Assembly: GCA_024408505.1 (NCBI GenBank)
Contig: JAKSUZ010000002.1
Span: 1,337-65,336, forward strand
Length of the DNA stretch: 64,000 bases
DNA from: Bacilli bacterium
Lineage (GTDB): Bacteria; Bacillota_I; Bacilli_A; RFN20; CAG-826
Direction: 5' to 3'
A program made the position numbers and the translations under genes. The notes under the pieces were generated by a model. It ran no database searches. It worked only from the letters and a program-made list of their open reading frames with translations, and had not been told where the DNA came from. Each line of letters opens with the position of its first letter. Within the stretch, counting starts at the first letter, position 1. Positions 1 through 10,079 of this stretch are shown here, piece after piece.

Positions 1-763
1 AAGCTAAGAAACTATCGATTCCTCTAGCTACACTAGATATTTCTAATGCACTACCAATCGATAATATATTGAAGAAGTCTGGTGCATCGACACCAAAACC
101 AGATAAATCAAATCCTATATATCGCTTATTTTTGTATGCAGTAGTAGCGCTTTTTAACATATCCCTGATATAGAAGTTAAATGGTGCGCAAAAATTTGAA
201 GCCGTTTCGTCAAGAATTACGTTAGAAAAATAATCCTTGTCATAATCAAACCATGCTTTAGTTTTATATTTTTCGCCCTTAACCTCAGAATTATAGTAAC
301 GATAATATTCATCATCTGCATTATGCTCAATGCCAAGGTAGTACGATTCTTGTTCATTAGCAATCTTTAAATATGGAGAATCTTGTTCAAGATCCCAAGA
401 AGCAGTAATCTTATTCCCGGCAGCGATATTCCAATTATTAAAGTTAATTGGTTCAACTAGACCACTATCACTGATGTAATCAATTTTTACAGTACCTGAA
501 ATCTTAATACAATATTGAACAGTTGCCGTTCCTTGTTTGGAAAGTTGGAAAGGCAGCTCCGCATTTGTTTGTTCTTCTTCAGGAAATTGAGCCTCATGCA
601 TCTCTTCAAAAGTCTTAGCTAAATCATAAAAAGTATCAGCAGCTTTATAGCTAACACGATCTAATAAAGTGATATCTTTAACATTATTGCCGGTAGCCTT
701 ATCACAACTGGCTAATGTTACTGCGCATAACGCGAGTGGCATGAGTATTTTAATTTTATTCAT
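1..763 (-). CDS. Surface lipoprotein, cassette type A paralog (C-terminus lies outside the window)
   Basis: ATG at 763 with an AAGGAG RBS upstream. Reverse-strand translation starts MNKIKILMPLALCAVTLASCDKATGNN (signal peptide plus lipobox Cys). The frame stays open to the window edge. N-terminus parallels the 3425..4558 product. Confidence 0.7.
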   Translation of the reverse strand, partial: MNKIKILMPLALCAVTLASCDKATGNNVKDITLLDRVSYKAADTFYDLAKTFEEMHEAQFPEEEQTNAELPFQLSKQGTATVQYCIKISGTVKIDYISDSGLVEPINFNNWNIAAGNKITASWDLEQDSPYLKIANEQESYYLGIEHNADDEYYRYYNSEVKGEKYKTKAWFDYDKDYFSNVILDETASNFCAPFNFYIRDMLKSATTAYKNKRYIGFDLSGFGVDAPDFFNILSIGSALEISSVARGIDSFLA

Positions 764-793
764 AAACTTTTTCTCCTTAACTAACTTTATTTA

Positions 794-1930
794 TTACCAA
801 TAAATAGGGAAATATTCCTCAGGATTAAAGGAAGAGTCGATCTTACATCCATCCTTAACAACATTGTGGCTAATTTTACCATTAGCGTTGATGTTTGATA
901 AATCAAAAGGTGTAACAGCAGCATTTTCTTCGGGTTGTTCAAGAACCATTGAATAAGATACATTGCCATCTTTAATATCAAAAATAAACTCGTGTTGACG
1001 GATAAAATTATTTTCAAACGATACAAAGTAGTCAGCATTTAATGTACCAGAACTTTCAATAACTGGAACATTTCCTTCGTTAGATTCAATTTCAATTAAA
1101 TCCTCTAATTCTTTCATATCAAATTTATCGAATTTCAAATTAAATGATACCGCTGATTGATCTTCTTTATAGGTATAACGGCGAGAAAGAGCGGCATGGG
1201 TGAATTCATCAATTGCTTTAGCGTTTTCCTCATCGCTAAACCATAAGCCTGGTGTAATAAAGTTAATGTCATCAAAACCGGATAAATCAAAACTGATGCC
1301 TATAAGGTCAGGTCTGAATCGACCGGAATTTAAGGGCGATCTATATATTTTTCTCATGAAACAATTGCTATAAGCAACCTCATACATGACTAAATTTTCA
1401 AAACTTGCTCCGTAATATATCTCGGATTGAGCTTCATTTAACGCTTTGACATAATCATCTATAGCATATTTGATTTTGCCTAAAATAGGACTATTAATGT
1501 ACTTAAAATATCTTTTTGACTCGCCTTTTCCTTCTGATTTGATATAGGCACAAGTTTGACTATCGGCAATCTTAATGTAATCTTCATCTTTGTTCCATTC
1601 AACTGTGATTTTATCGGAAATGCTAAAGTCAGCATTAGGAACATTAATATTTAAGTCTCTTGTATGAATTTTAATTCCGCCAGTAATCTTTAGATTAACA
1701 TTGGTAGTGGAACTTCCGTTGCCAAATAAATCATAAAAATATTGGTCCTCATCTTCAACCTGAATTGTTTTTATTTGCTTCTCTCCAAAAGCTTTTATCA
1801 TTGGAGCGATGGTCACGCACTTATCGGTTTCTTTTTCGTAAGTAACGCGACTTAATCCTGCGTTACTACTGCAACTAGCTAATGTTGCTCCAAATAAAGC
1901 AAACGTGCTTAATAATTTTACTTTTTCCAT
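794..1930 (-). CDS. Surface lipoprotein, cassette type B paralog
   Basis: Track ORF is 794..2062. The likely start is the internal ATG at 1930, giving MEKVKLLSTFALFGATLASC (lipobox). Collinear with the 4584..5756 product: SRVxYEK, TIT(V/I)xWNxDEDYIKI, KxYFKYxxSPILGK, DLSGF, ADYFVxFENxFIRQHE. Confidence 0.8.
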   Translation of the reverse strand: MEKVKLLSTFALFGATLASCSSNAGLSRVTYEKETDKCVTIAPMIKAFGEKQIKTIQVEDEDQYFYDLFGNGSSTTNVNLKITGGIKIHTRDLNINVPNADFSISDKITVEWNKDEDYIKIADSQTCAYIKSEGKGESKRYFKYINSPILGKIKYAIDDYVKALNEAQSEIYYGASFENLVMYEVAYSNCFMRKIYRSPLNSGRFRPDLIGISFDLSGFDDINFITPGLWFSDEENAKAIDEFTHAALSRRYTYKEDQSAVSFNLKFDKFDMKELEDLIEIESNEGNVPVIESSGTLNADYFVSFENNFIRQHEFIFDIKDGNVSYSMVLEQPEENAAVTPFDLSNINANGKISHNVVKDGCKIDSSFNPEEYFPIYW

Positions 1931-1946
1931 AAATCTCTCCTTAATA

Positions 1947-3290
1947 TTAATATGTATAAATATTGTATGTCTGCGTTTTACTGGTGGTACCGTATGAAGA
2001 ATTTCCAGCATGCATATCGTATGGACTAGAATATGTTCGACTATATTTAATTTGTGAATCATTCTTTAAACGCCCTTGACTATCATAGCTGCATGACTTA
2101 TTGATAAGAGTTTTGGTCCAAGTCAAATAACTATAATTGTTATGAATAGAGGAGATAAAACCATAATTACTAACATTTCCTGGATAATATGGTTCAAGTT
2201 CTTCTTCGTTATATCTATATTCCGTTGTTACACTATTAAGCAACTTTTTAGGATCGTTTTTATAATACGATGATATCGTTTCACTTTCATAAATTTTATC
2301 ACTGATAGAGGATCCATAAATATCAGCACTATAAGCATATGTTTTAGAATTTATTAAACAATTGTACTTATCATAAGTATTATTCGTAACATAGGTAATA
2401 GAGGAATAATAGGAATAGGAAGAAGTATTAGAATTTTCTCCCCAAATAAGATATGGCTGTGGTTCATAAGGAACAGATCTATAAGTACTATCTATAACAC
2501 AAGTCTCAGAAACAATGTTATTGTTTTCATCGAATTCACGATTAATAGTTATATTTTGAACCGATGTGGCAATAGCACGCATTACTTTACTTCTTATATA
2601 TGTTTTAAATTCTTTCGAATCGCCAGAATAAATATATTGTTCAGTCATATAGTAAGAACTATCTTGGACATATGGATATGGAGTCGGATTATAACCATTA
2701 CTAAACACTCCACTAGAATAAATTGGATAGTCAGGATAAGCAGGCTCGTAATTTCTACCAAAAACATTTGTCTCTTTAAACACGAGTCGATTTAAATTAT
2801 CGTATGAATAATTTTCAACAGAATAGTTATTCACTCTAACATCAGCCGAACCCATAGTAAGCAAATTGTTCTTATGTAAAACTATGCGATGAGCCAATCT
2901 TCCATTCTTATCATAACGATTTGTATAACTAGTATCTTCTTCTCTAGTACCATAATTTATGATGAAACTAGATACGTTACCATTACTAGTCAATCCATTT
3001 TCAACAATACCTTTGCGCATTTCTACATTAGGAATATAAGTGGATTCAGCAGTAACACGATTATGACTATCGTATTCTCTAAGTGTAGCTCTCCTAGTAA
3101 CAACTACTGATGGTTTTAATTCGTTTGTTATATCGTAATATTCCCATACACCACCCATCGCATAGTTTTCGGTATACTTCATTTTGTATAAATCCGATGG
3201 ATCAACCTCATTTGGGTTAATTGTTGTTTTTGAACAAGCTGCCATAGAAAAAATAGCAAGGCCCGAGAAAAGAAGTAGTGCTTTTTTCAT
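1947..3290 (-). CDS. YD-repeat-containing lipoprotein, cassette type C paralog
   Basis: MKKALLLFSGLAIFSMAACS lipobox. Four YD/RHS-like motifs: EYDSHNRV, RYDKNGRL, YSYDNLNRL, SYDSQGRL. Paralog of 5778..7001. Confidence 0.8.
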   Translation of the reverse strand: MKKALLLFSGLAIFSMAACSKTTINPNEVDPSDLYKMKYTENYAMGGVWEYYDITNELKPSVVVTRRATLREYDSHNRVTAESTYIPNVEMRKGIVENGLTSNGNVSSFIINYGTREEDTSYTNRYDKNGRLAHRIVLHKNNLLTMGSADVRVNNYSVENYSYDNLNRLVFKETNVFGRNYEPAYPDYPIYSSGVFSNGYNPTPYPYVQDSSYYMTEQYIYSGDSKEFKTYIRSKVMRAIATSVQNITINREFDENNNIVSETCVIDSTYRSVPYEPQPYLIWGENSNTSSYSYYSSITYVTNNTYDKYNCLINSKTYAYSADIYGSSISDKIYESETISSYYKNDPKKLLNSVTTEYRYNEEELEPYYPGNVSNYGFISSIHNNYSYLTWTKTLINKSCSYDSQGRLKNDSQIKYSRTYSSPYDMHAGNSSYGTTSKTQTYNIYTY

Positions 3291-3364
3291 AAAAGTCTCC
3301 TTTTTATTTAGTCAACTTAACAATAACATATGATATCTATTTTGGCAATAAATGCATTTTAGAT

Positions 3365-3398
3365 ATAAAAAATAGGAAGCAATCACTTACTTCCTATT
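3365..3398 (-). terminator. Rho-independent terminator closing the upstream lipoprotein cassette
   Basis: On the minus strand: AATAGGAAG-loop-CTTCCTATT (9-bp stem) followed by TTTTTTAT, just downstream of the stop at 3425. Confidence 0.7.
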
Positions 3399-3424
3399 CT
3401 TATTGATTTTCGTTAAGAACTTAC

Positions 3425-4558
3425 TTAGTCTGCAGAAACTTCGCTATATTCACCGGGTTTAAAATCATCGGGTGTACATTCTTTAGTTACTTCCTCATTT
3501 CCGTGTAAGCAGAAATCAAAATCAGTAACATCGAGAATAATCGGAGTCTCACTGATAATTCCAGTTAAATTAAGATCAGTAATATCTAAATCAATCTCTT
3601 CTTGTTTAACGAAATAGTCAGCAAAAGCGGCAAAACAATCAAAATCTACTTTACCAGATGGACGAATACCGGTTCTTAATTCAATGATTGAATCATAGTC
3701 ACTTAAATTGACACCTTTTAAATCAACAGCGATAGAAGCGGTCTTATCAAAATCATCGGTAGCAAACTTCATTGAAAGTTCATTAAATGGATTTACAACT
3801 AAGAAAGCGTCAACCTGAGCGGTAAGTTCTTTGTCTTCGGCCCAAGAAGCAGGGGAGAAAATATTACTCTCGTAGCGTCCCCATCCATAATTATTAAACC
3901 AATTGTTTGAAAAGCCCGACAAATCAAATCCAATGCATTCGTAGTTAGGGTGAATACTTTGCCTAAACATATGCGGTAATCTAATTGATGAATTCGTTAG
4001 CGATTCCCTTAAAACGATATTGCCGAAATCGATGGATTCGCTTCCGCTCCAGTAATCACCATCTTGTACTTTATATTTGCCGTCTTGAGGAGAAGTGAAA
4101 TATCTATATAGATAATAGTTTCCATCTATTTCCTCAACTCCTACATAGTATGAGGTGCGATTATTTGTAACTTTAATGTAGCGTTTTGCGATGTCCCAAG
4201 AAATGGTAATGGTATCAGTCAAATTTAAATTCCAATTATTCAAATTAACGGATGGATAACTATAATCGCCAAGAAAAGAATAAGCCTTAATCTTTTTAGC
4301 GGATGCATTTAAACAATAACGAACAGTCGCAGTTCCTTCATTAAAAATCTGAAAATCGGTAGCGACACCATTTTGTTCTGGGGGAAATTGCTTTGTGTGC
4401 ATTGCTTTAAAGACGCTTGATAGACTAGTAAAAGTTGGGGCAGACTTATAATTTACGCGATTTAATTTTGGAATTGTAAAATTTACCTTGCTCGCGCCAC
4501 AACTGGATAAGAGTGCTGCGCAGAGAGCTAATGGAACTAAACATTTAATTTTCTTCAT
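3425..4558 (-). CDS. Surface lipoprotein, cassette type A
   Basis: MKKIKCLVPLALCAALLSSC lipobox. Distantly related to type B (TITISWD..RYIKV, YFTSPQDGKYK, GFDLSGF, ADYFVKQEEI). Confidence 0.8.
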   Translation of the reverse strand: MKKIKCLVPLALCAALLSSCGASKVNFTIPKLNRVNYKSAPTFTSLSSVFKAMHTKQFPPEQNGVATDFQIFNEGTATVRYCLNASAKKIKAYSFLGDYSYPSVNLNNWNLNLTDTITISWDIAKRYIKVTNNRTSYYVGVEEIDGNYYLYRYFTSPQDGKYKVQDGDYWSGSESIDFGNIVLRESLTNSSIRLPHMFRQSIHPNYECIGFDLSGFSNNWFNNYGWGRYESNIFSPASWAEDKELTAQVDAFLVVNPFNELSMKFATDDFDKTASIAVDLKGVNLSDYDSIIELRTGIRPSGKVDFDCFAAFADYFVKQEEIDLDITDLNLTGIISETPIILDVTDFDFCLHGNEEVTKECTPDDFKPGEYSEVSAD

Positions 4559-4583
4559 ATTTTTTTCTCCTTAAAACTCATTA

Positions 4584-5756
4584 TTAGTAATTTAATGGAA
4601 GATATTCAGCCGGATCAAAATTGTCAACTGAACATTGTCCTTTAATCACATCTTGACTAACTTGAATATTTGCATTGAGATTTCTAACAGTTATAACATC
4701 ATCAACAACTGTCTTGTTTGCTAATTCAGATTCATGACTATATGTAACAAGGAAAAGATTTAAGTCTTTTGTATTTAAAATAATTTCATGTTGACGAATA
4801 AAATCATTTTCAAATGCCACAAAGTAATCAGCGGTGATGGTTCCAAAACCTTCTAAAGTAGTATCTGTACCTTCAGGAATAAGTTCTTTTAATTTTGATG
4901 CATCATATTGATTAAATTTTAGATTAAGAGCTGCAGCAGAACCATCAGTTTTTTGACTATAATTGTGTTCAAAAGATGGTTCCGTAATGCCATCAATTGT
5001 AGTAATAACATTGCTGTTTTCTAAGATATTTCCAGGTGATAAGAAGTTATCCTCTAAAAATCCAGAAAGATCTAATCCGATGCCATCAAAGCCAGTATCA
5101 ATCACAGCGCGACCGGAGTTATCATTACCATATAATTTTTCAGCAAAATATCCGTTGTTATATGCTACTTCCATCATGACTAGATTTTTAAAACTTAAAC
5201 CTAATTCAATGACATCACCATCTTCATTCATAGAAAGAAGATATGGCTCTTCCTCATGAGTAGGATTAAGGCAGATCTTAACTTTGCCTAAAATTGGGCT
5301 TTCGAAATATTTAAAATATTTTTTATCTTCGCCCGTGCCTTCCGATTTAATGTAGGCGTGACTAACATTGTCGGAAATTTTGATATAATCTTCATCTTCA
5401 TTCCAAGAAATAGTGATTGTATCAGATAAATCGAAATTGATATCTGGTATATCAATCGAACGACTTCCACCACTGGCAAATTCAAATCCACCAGTTACTT
5501 TAAAATTAATGTTTGTTTTTACAGTACCGGACGAGAAGAGTTTAAAGTAACCTTGTGGACAAGTTTCTTCTAGTTCAGATTCAACTATATCAAGTTGTTT
5601 ATCTTTAAAGGCTTTAATAGTAGGCGCTATTTCAGCGCATTTACCAACGCTCTTTTCGTAAGATACTCTACTTAATCTACCGCCGTTACTGTTGCAACTA
5701 ACTAATGCTAAAGAAAAGAAAGCAAGCGTACTAATAAGTTTAATGTTTTTGTTCAT
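4584..5756 (-). CDS. Surface lipoprotein, cassette type B
   Basis: MNKNIKLISTLAFFSLALVSC lipobox. Paralog of 794..1930. Confidence 0.8.
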   Translation of the reverse strand: MNKNIKLISTLAFFSLALVSCNSNGGRLSRVSYEKSVGKCAEIAPTIKAFKDKQLDIVESELEETCPQGYFKLFSSGTVKTNINFKVTGGFEFASGGSRSIDIPDINFDLSDTITISWNEDEDYIKISDNVSHAYIKSEGTGEDKKYFKYFESPILGKVKICLNPTHEEEPYLLSMNEDGDVIELGLSFKNLVMMEVAYNNGYFAEKLYGNDNSGRAVIDTGFDGIGLDLSGFLEDNFLSPGNILENSNVITTIDGITEPSFEHNYSQKTDGSAAALNLKFNQYDASKLKELIPEGTDTTLEGFGTITADYFVAFENDFIRQHEIILNTKDLNLFLVTYSHESELANKTVVDDVITVRNLNANIQVSQDVIKGQCSVDNFDPAEYLPLNY

Positions 5757-5777
5757 ATATTTTTCTCCTTTTAATTA

Positions 5778-7001
5778 TTAATAAGCATATAAAGAGATTT
5801 CTTCAATCCCAGTGTGAGCATAAAAATCGCCATCTTCACTAAAATTGCCATCTAGAGCGACTAATGTGTCAATTGTTAATCTACCTTCGCTATCGTAATT
5901 ACATGAACGATAGGTAACAGTTGCTTCATTGACAAATTTAGAATAGGAATCGCCAATAAATATAACTGGCTCATCTTCAACTGATTCAGAATAAGACATA
6001 ATTGTGCAGCGATCAATTTTATTCGGATTATGTTTATAATAAGATGCTGTCATTTCCATAGCCAAAACATTAGAATAAATCGTGCTTCCTCCAAAAGAAC
6101 GAGTCGCATAAGTTTCTGCACCGACCATACAATGATAGTCATCATAAGTATAATTTGAAACGTAAGTTACTTCGGTTTTATACGTTTGCATTTCTCCATC
6201 ATAATTATCAGGAAGTATTCCTCCTCCTTGTTCTGTTTCAGTTGTATAAATGGCTGTTTCTTTGATAATATCGTTGTTCTTAAAATCACGAATTATATTA
6301 AGTGTTCGAATTAAAGAATCAACTTCTTCTCCTTCTTCTCGCATAACTGGAGTGTCTTCGAATATTTCTTCAGTTAATGAATAGGTTTTATATGTGCGTG
6401 AATTTCCTTCGTAGGTATATTCTTCAGTTGAAACTGCATAAGGGATATCGATATAAGAACTACCGATAATGTCTCTACTACCATATATCGGAATGCGCGA
6501 GGCACCATCACCCAAATACTCAGCTTTAATTAAGCGATTTTGATTATCGTATTCATATTTTTCAATATTGGCTGTTACCTTGCGATAATAATCCCATGAT
6601 GAGCGGTAATTTTCTTCTTTAACGATAAATCGATAAATTAAATTTCCCCTACCATCGTACTTATTTGTGTAACTAGTAATGGTGGTCTGCATATTTTTGA
6701 CATAAGAATTATTCATATATCTAAATGCACTTTTATATTCTTCTTCCATCACAACATGATTATGACTATCGTATCTACGATAAACATAAGTCGGGGTATT
6801 GCTTGTAGCAACCGGCACATCCGCTATAGAACCGTCAACTAAATAAACTTGCCTATAAGGGTCAGGTCCAATATATTGATATATTTGGCGCTGAGTTATT
6901 TTCGCCTTATATAAACTAGACGGATCAACAGTATTAGCCGTATTAGCACAAGCAGCGCATGAAAATACTGCAAGGGCTGATAAAAGAAATACTTTTTTCA
7001 T
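5778..7001 (-). CDS. YD-repeat-containing lipoprotein, cassette type C
   Basis: MKKVFLLSALAVFSCAAC lipobox. YD-like motifs: RYDSHNHV, KYDGRGNL, YEYDNQNRL, NYDSEGRL. Confidence 0.8.
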   Translation of the reverse strand: MKKVFLLSALAVFSCAACANTANTVDPSSLYKAKITQRQIYQYIGPDPYRQVYLVDGSIADVPVATSNTPTYVYRRYDSHNHVVMEEEYKSAFRYMNNSYVKNMQTTITSYTNKYDGRGNLIYRFIVKEENYRSSWDYYRKVTANIEKYEYDNQNRLIKAEYLGDGASRIPIYGSRDIIGSSYIDIPYAVSTEEYTYEGNSRTYKTYSLTEEIFEDTPVMREEGEEVDSLIRTLNIIRDFKNNDIIKETAIYTTETEQGGGILPDNYDGEMQTYKTEVTYVSNYTYDDYHCMVGAETYATRSFGGSTIYSNVLAMEMTASYYKHNPNKIDRCTIMSYSESVEDEPVIFIGDSYSKFVNEATVTYRSCNYDSEGRLTIDTLVALDGNFSEDGDFYAHTGIEEISLYAY

Positions 7002-7086
7002 AAAAGCCTCCTTGTCTAATCAAACTTATTATAACATACGAAAATAATCTTCAACAATAAAGGCAATGTACTAAATTAATCGATAA

Positions 7087-8265
7087 TTAATATGAACCAA
7101 TGTTTTCTTCGTAATACTTGGCTAAGATATAATTTTCTCTCGGAATGTATGTTCCGCCATCTTTTTTAATATCATGAATGAGCTCTCTATTTCTTGCTCG
7201 GATATTATGAATAGTACCATCGCCACCAGTTGGAGCGCCGATCATAATTTGTGGATTAATTCTTGGTACATCCTTGTCTATCTCTTTTACGCCTACAACA
7301 AAATTATTGATGGTAGCATTAAATTCTTTACTTAATTCTCCACCTATTGAACTAATGGCGTATTCGTCCCCTTGAGCACCGGCCGGACCAAACCACCAAG
7401 CAATGCAATCAGTAAGAAAAGCTGATGTATTATTAAATTGATAACCGATTCTAAAATTATCACTATAACAATTGCTTAGTTCAGTGAAACTAGAAATTTC
7501 AAAACCGACCGATTCATCATAATTATATTTTTTACAATCACCATTATGTAGTGGATGAACATTTTTCAAAATGTTTGTGCCACCGCTGCTTAATACACCA
7601 TGAGTGACGTGACCAATACGGATATTAGTCGCACTATTATCACTACCTTCTAGCTTTAATCCATACGATGTAGCGCTATCATTACAAATAATACTCATAT
7701 CTTGAATATCAGCATCTGAAGAACCACCACCATTAACGCCTGGCGCAATCCTTAAGCCAATCTCAACGCCTTTCATTGAAACATTTTGAACTCTAGTCTC
7801 TCTTCCACCCGCAATTTCAATTCCCGCCGCTTTTCCGCTTCCATCAATAATTCCGCCAGTTAAAGAGTAAACACTACCAGGTATAGTAACTTCATTAATG
7901 CGATCAAGTCCACCCAGAGAAACCATATATAAATATTCATCTTGCCATTTTTCTAGGACTCCGCCTCTTTTTACTTGATAATTATCACTCGCTTTTAAAA
8001 TTGCATAATTTGATAATTGTAAATCGACAGATTTAGTAGGATCACCAGGCGTTAAGATTTGATGATCTAATAAATATGTTCCATCGCGAAAATATAGTGT
8101 GCGATTAGGATTATTATTAATTAATTCTTGAATCTTATCGCTACAATCACTATGTCCTGAGGTATCAACATAACTAGCAACATCGATAATGCCACTACTT
8201 TTGTTATTACATCCAATAAGAGGCGCTACTAATGTTAGTAAACATAAAAATTTTAATTTACTCAT
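7087..8265 (-). CDS. Lipoprotein with a probable right-handed beta-helix (pectate-lyase-superfamily-like) domain
   Basis: MSKLKFLCLLTLVAPLIGCN lipobox. The N-terminal pattern DKIQELINNNPNRTLYFRDGTYLL resembles the start of pectate_lyase_3-type beta-helix proteins. The body is repetitive and rich in Gly/Asn/Ser. Confidence 0.55.
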   Translation of the reverse strand: MSKLKFLCLLTLVAPLIGCNNKSSGIIDVASYVDTSGHSDCSDKIQELINNNPNRTLYFRDGTYLLDHQILTPGDPTKSVDLQLSNYAILKASDNYQVKRGGVLEKWQDEYLYMVSLGGLDRINEVTIPGSVYSLTGGIIDGSGKAAGIEIAGGRETRVQNVSMKGVEIGLRIAPGVNGGGSSDADIQDMSIICNDSATSYGLKLEGSDNSATNIRIGHVTHGVLSSGGTNILKNVHPLHNGDCKKYNYDESVGFEISSFTELSNCYSDNFRIGYQFNNTSAFLTDCIAWWFGPAGAQGDEYAISSIGGELSKEFNATINNFVVGVKEIDKDVPRINPQIMIGAPTGGDGTIHNIRARNRELIHDIKKDGGTYIPRENYILAKYYEENIGSY

Positions 8266-8273
8266 AAAGTCCC

Positions 8274-8792
8274 TTAGATTTTATATTTAACAAGAGAATG
8301 AATCTCAACTGGTTCAAGAATCTTACGAGCTTTAAGATCGGTTAATTCAATTAAAAAAGAATAACCCACTAATTTAGCACCAATCTTTTTAACCATTTTA
8401 GTCATTGCTTTGGCACTACCACCGGTTGCGAGTAAATCATCAACAATTAACACGCGATCATTTTTCTTAATCATCTTAGGAGCGATTTCTAGAGTATTAC
8501 TTCCATATTCTAAATCATAAGAAACACTAACACCGACATAAGGCAATTTGCCCGGTTTACGAGAAACTACTACACCCGCGTTTAGTAAATGCGCAACGAC
8601 TGAGCCGAATAAAAATCCTCTAGCATCTGCGCAAAGGATTTTCGTAATTTTTTTATTTTTAAATGGTTTAGCCATTAATTCGTTTGCTTCTTTAAATGCT
8701 TTTGCATTTGCAAGTAAGGGAGTAATGTCTTTAAAAGAAATACCCTTCTTTGGCCAATTCTCTCTAATTGCAATAATTTTCTTATAATCCAT
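8274..8792 (-). CDS. apt: Adenine phosphoribosyltransferase
   Basis: 172 aa. PRPP-binding motif VLIVDDLLATGGSA and typical Apt N-terminal region (FKDITPLL, ARGFLFG). Confidence 0.9.
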   Translation of the reverse strand: MDYKKIIAIRENWPKKGISFKDITPLLANAKAFKEANELMAKPFKNKKITKILCADARGFLFGSVVAHLLNAGVVVSRKPGKLPYVGVSVSYDLEYGSNTLEIAPKMIKKNDRVLIVDDLLATGGSAKAMTKMVKKIGAKLVGYSFLIELTDLKARKILEPVEIHSLVKYKI

Positions 8793-8841
8793 AATATATG
8801 CTCCTACATATATTATTTTACTCTTTTAAAAAACAACAAAA

Positions 8842-9882
8842 CTATTTCTTTTTGCCTTTTTTAACATTAGGCAAAGCTTCTAAATTAGCGTTTTTAATAA
8901 ATAAATCGTAATCAGAAACGATTCTGTTTTCTTGAATGATGCGATATTTTTCAAATTCCGATAAAGCAAATTTTATTGCCACTTCGCGTGAAACCTTCCC
9001 TGGATTATCTAATATTGCTCTACCATTAAACTGAAGTAATAAATTTAATCTTTTGATGTAATCATCCATTGTCAGCGGAACATGCTTCTCGGCCATTTCT
9101 TCGCCGAAATCTAAATACATTTCAACCAAACGGGAAAGCGAAGTTAACTCCTTCTTTTCTAAATAATTTTTTGCTATCGTAACATCGGTTTTATGAATTC
9201 TACCCCTAGGAGCATTATTCCAAGTTTTCAATCCCATATTTTCTTTTTTTGAATCGGCGCGATTTATGATAATTTCAGGTGCAGTGTTTCCTGAAACAGC
9301 ATAATGTAATTTGTTCTGAACCGTTTTAAAAAACTCCAATGTTTTATTTGAACTATTGTCATAATCAACGGCAGTAGAAAAGAGATCGGTCACTTTTTGA
9401 TATAATCTCCTTTCGCTTAATCTAATTAATCGTATTTCCTCAAGCAATTCATCATAATAATCTTTAGTAAGATAAGCACCATTGGCTAATCGAATATTAT
9501 CTAAAGCATAACCCTTAATTGTATAATTCTTGAGAACATTAATTGCCCAAATTCTAAATTCAGTAGCTTTAGATGAGTTGACTCTAAAGCCAACCGCAAT
9601 AATCATTTCAAGCGAATAAAATTTAATATCCCTTTCTACTTCTCTATCTCCTTCGTTTTGAACTATTCGAAAATTTCGAAAGGTTGCCTTCTTATTTAAT
9701 TCATTTGAAGAATATATTTCATTAATATGGTAATTGATGGTATTAACACCAGTGTCAAAAAGATCCGCTATCGACTTTTGGGTAAGCCATAAATTATCAT
9801 CATCAATCACTGAATTAATCTTGTTTTGCTTAGATTGATATGTAAATATTAACGATTCAACTAAAGCTATTTTGTTTCCCAT
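8842..9882 (-). CDS. RhuM-family (virulence-associated, Fic/DOC-context) protein
   Basis: Pattern LWLTQKSIADLF...TINYHINEIY...FRIVQxEGxREVxRxIxFYSLEMIIAVGFRVNSxKATEFRIWA is typical of the RhuM family. Start is uncertain: ATG at 9882, or TTG at 9927 as in the track. Confidence 0.6.
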   Translation of the reverse strand: MGNKIALVESLIFTYQSKQNKINSVIDDDNLWLTQKSIADLFDTGVNTINYHINEIYSSNELNKKATFRNFRIVQNEGDREVERDIKFYSLEMIIAVGFRVNSSKATEFRIWAINVLKNYTIKGYALDNIRLANGAYLTKDYYDELLEEIRLIRLSERRLYQKVTDLFSTAVDYDNSSNKTLEFFKTVQNKLHYAVSGNTAPEIIINRADSKKENMGLKTWNNAPRGRIHKTDVTIAKNYLEKKELTSLSRLVEMYLDFGEEMAEKHVPLTMDDYIKRLNLLLQFNGRAILDNPGKVSREVAIKFALSEFEKYRIIQENRIVSDYDLFIKNANLEALPNVKKGKKK

Positions 9883-9954
9883 ATTTTTAACTATATATAG
9901 AGTATCACTATATATATCAACTTTCAATATAGCTGAAAGTTTGTATTCTTTGCC

Positions 9955-9980
9955 AATAAAAAAAGATGAATTTTCATCTT
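9955..9980 (-). terminator. Rho-independent terminator after the tRNA trio
   Basis: Minus strand: AAGATGAA-AAT-TCATCTT followed by TTTTTTATT, immediately 3' of tRNA-Leu(CAA). Confidence 0.7.
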
Positions 9981-9991
9981 CTTTAATAATT

Positions 9992-10073
9992 TGGTGGCCC
10001 CAAAGGGATTTGAACCCTTATGGTTTCCCGGACGATTTTGAGTCGTCTGCGTCTACCGTTCCGCCATGGGGCC
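9992..10073 (-). tRNA. tRNA-Leu (anticodon CAA), CCA encoded
   Basis: Reverse complement is GGCCCCATGGCGGAACGGTAGACGCAGACGACTCAAAATCGTCCGGGAAACCATAAGGGTTCAAATCCCTTTGGGGCCACCA. It folds as a cloverleaf with anticodon loop CTCAAAA and a long variable arm. Confidence 0.9.
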
Positions 10074-10079
10074 ATCTAA

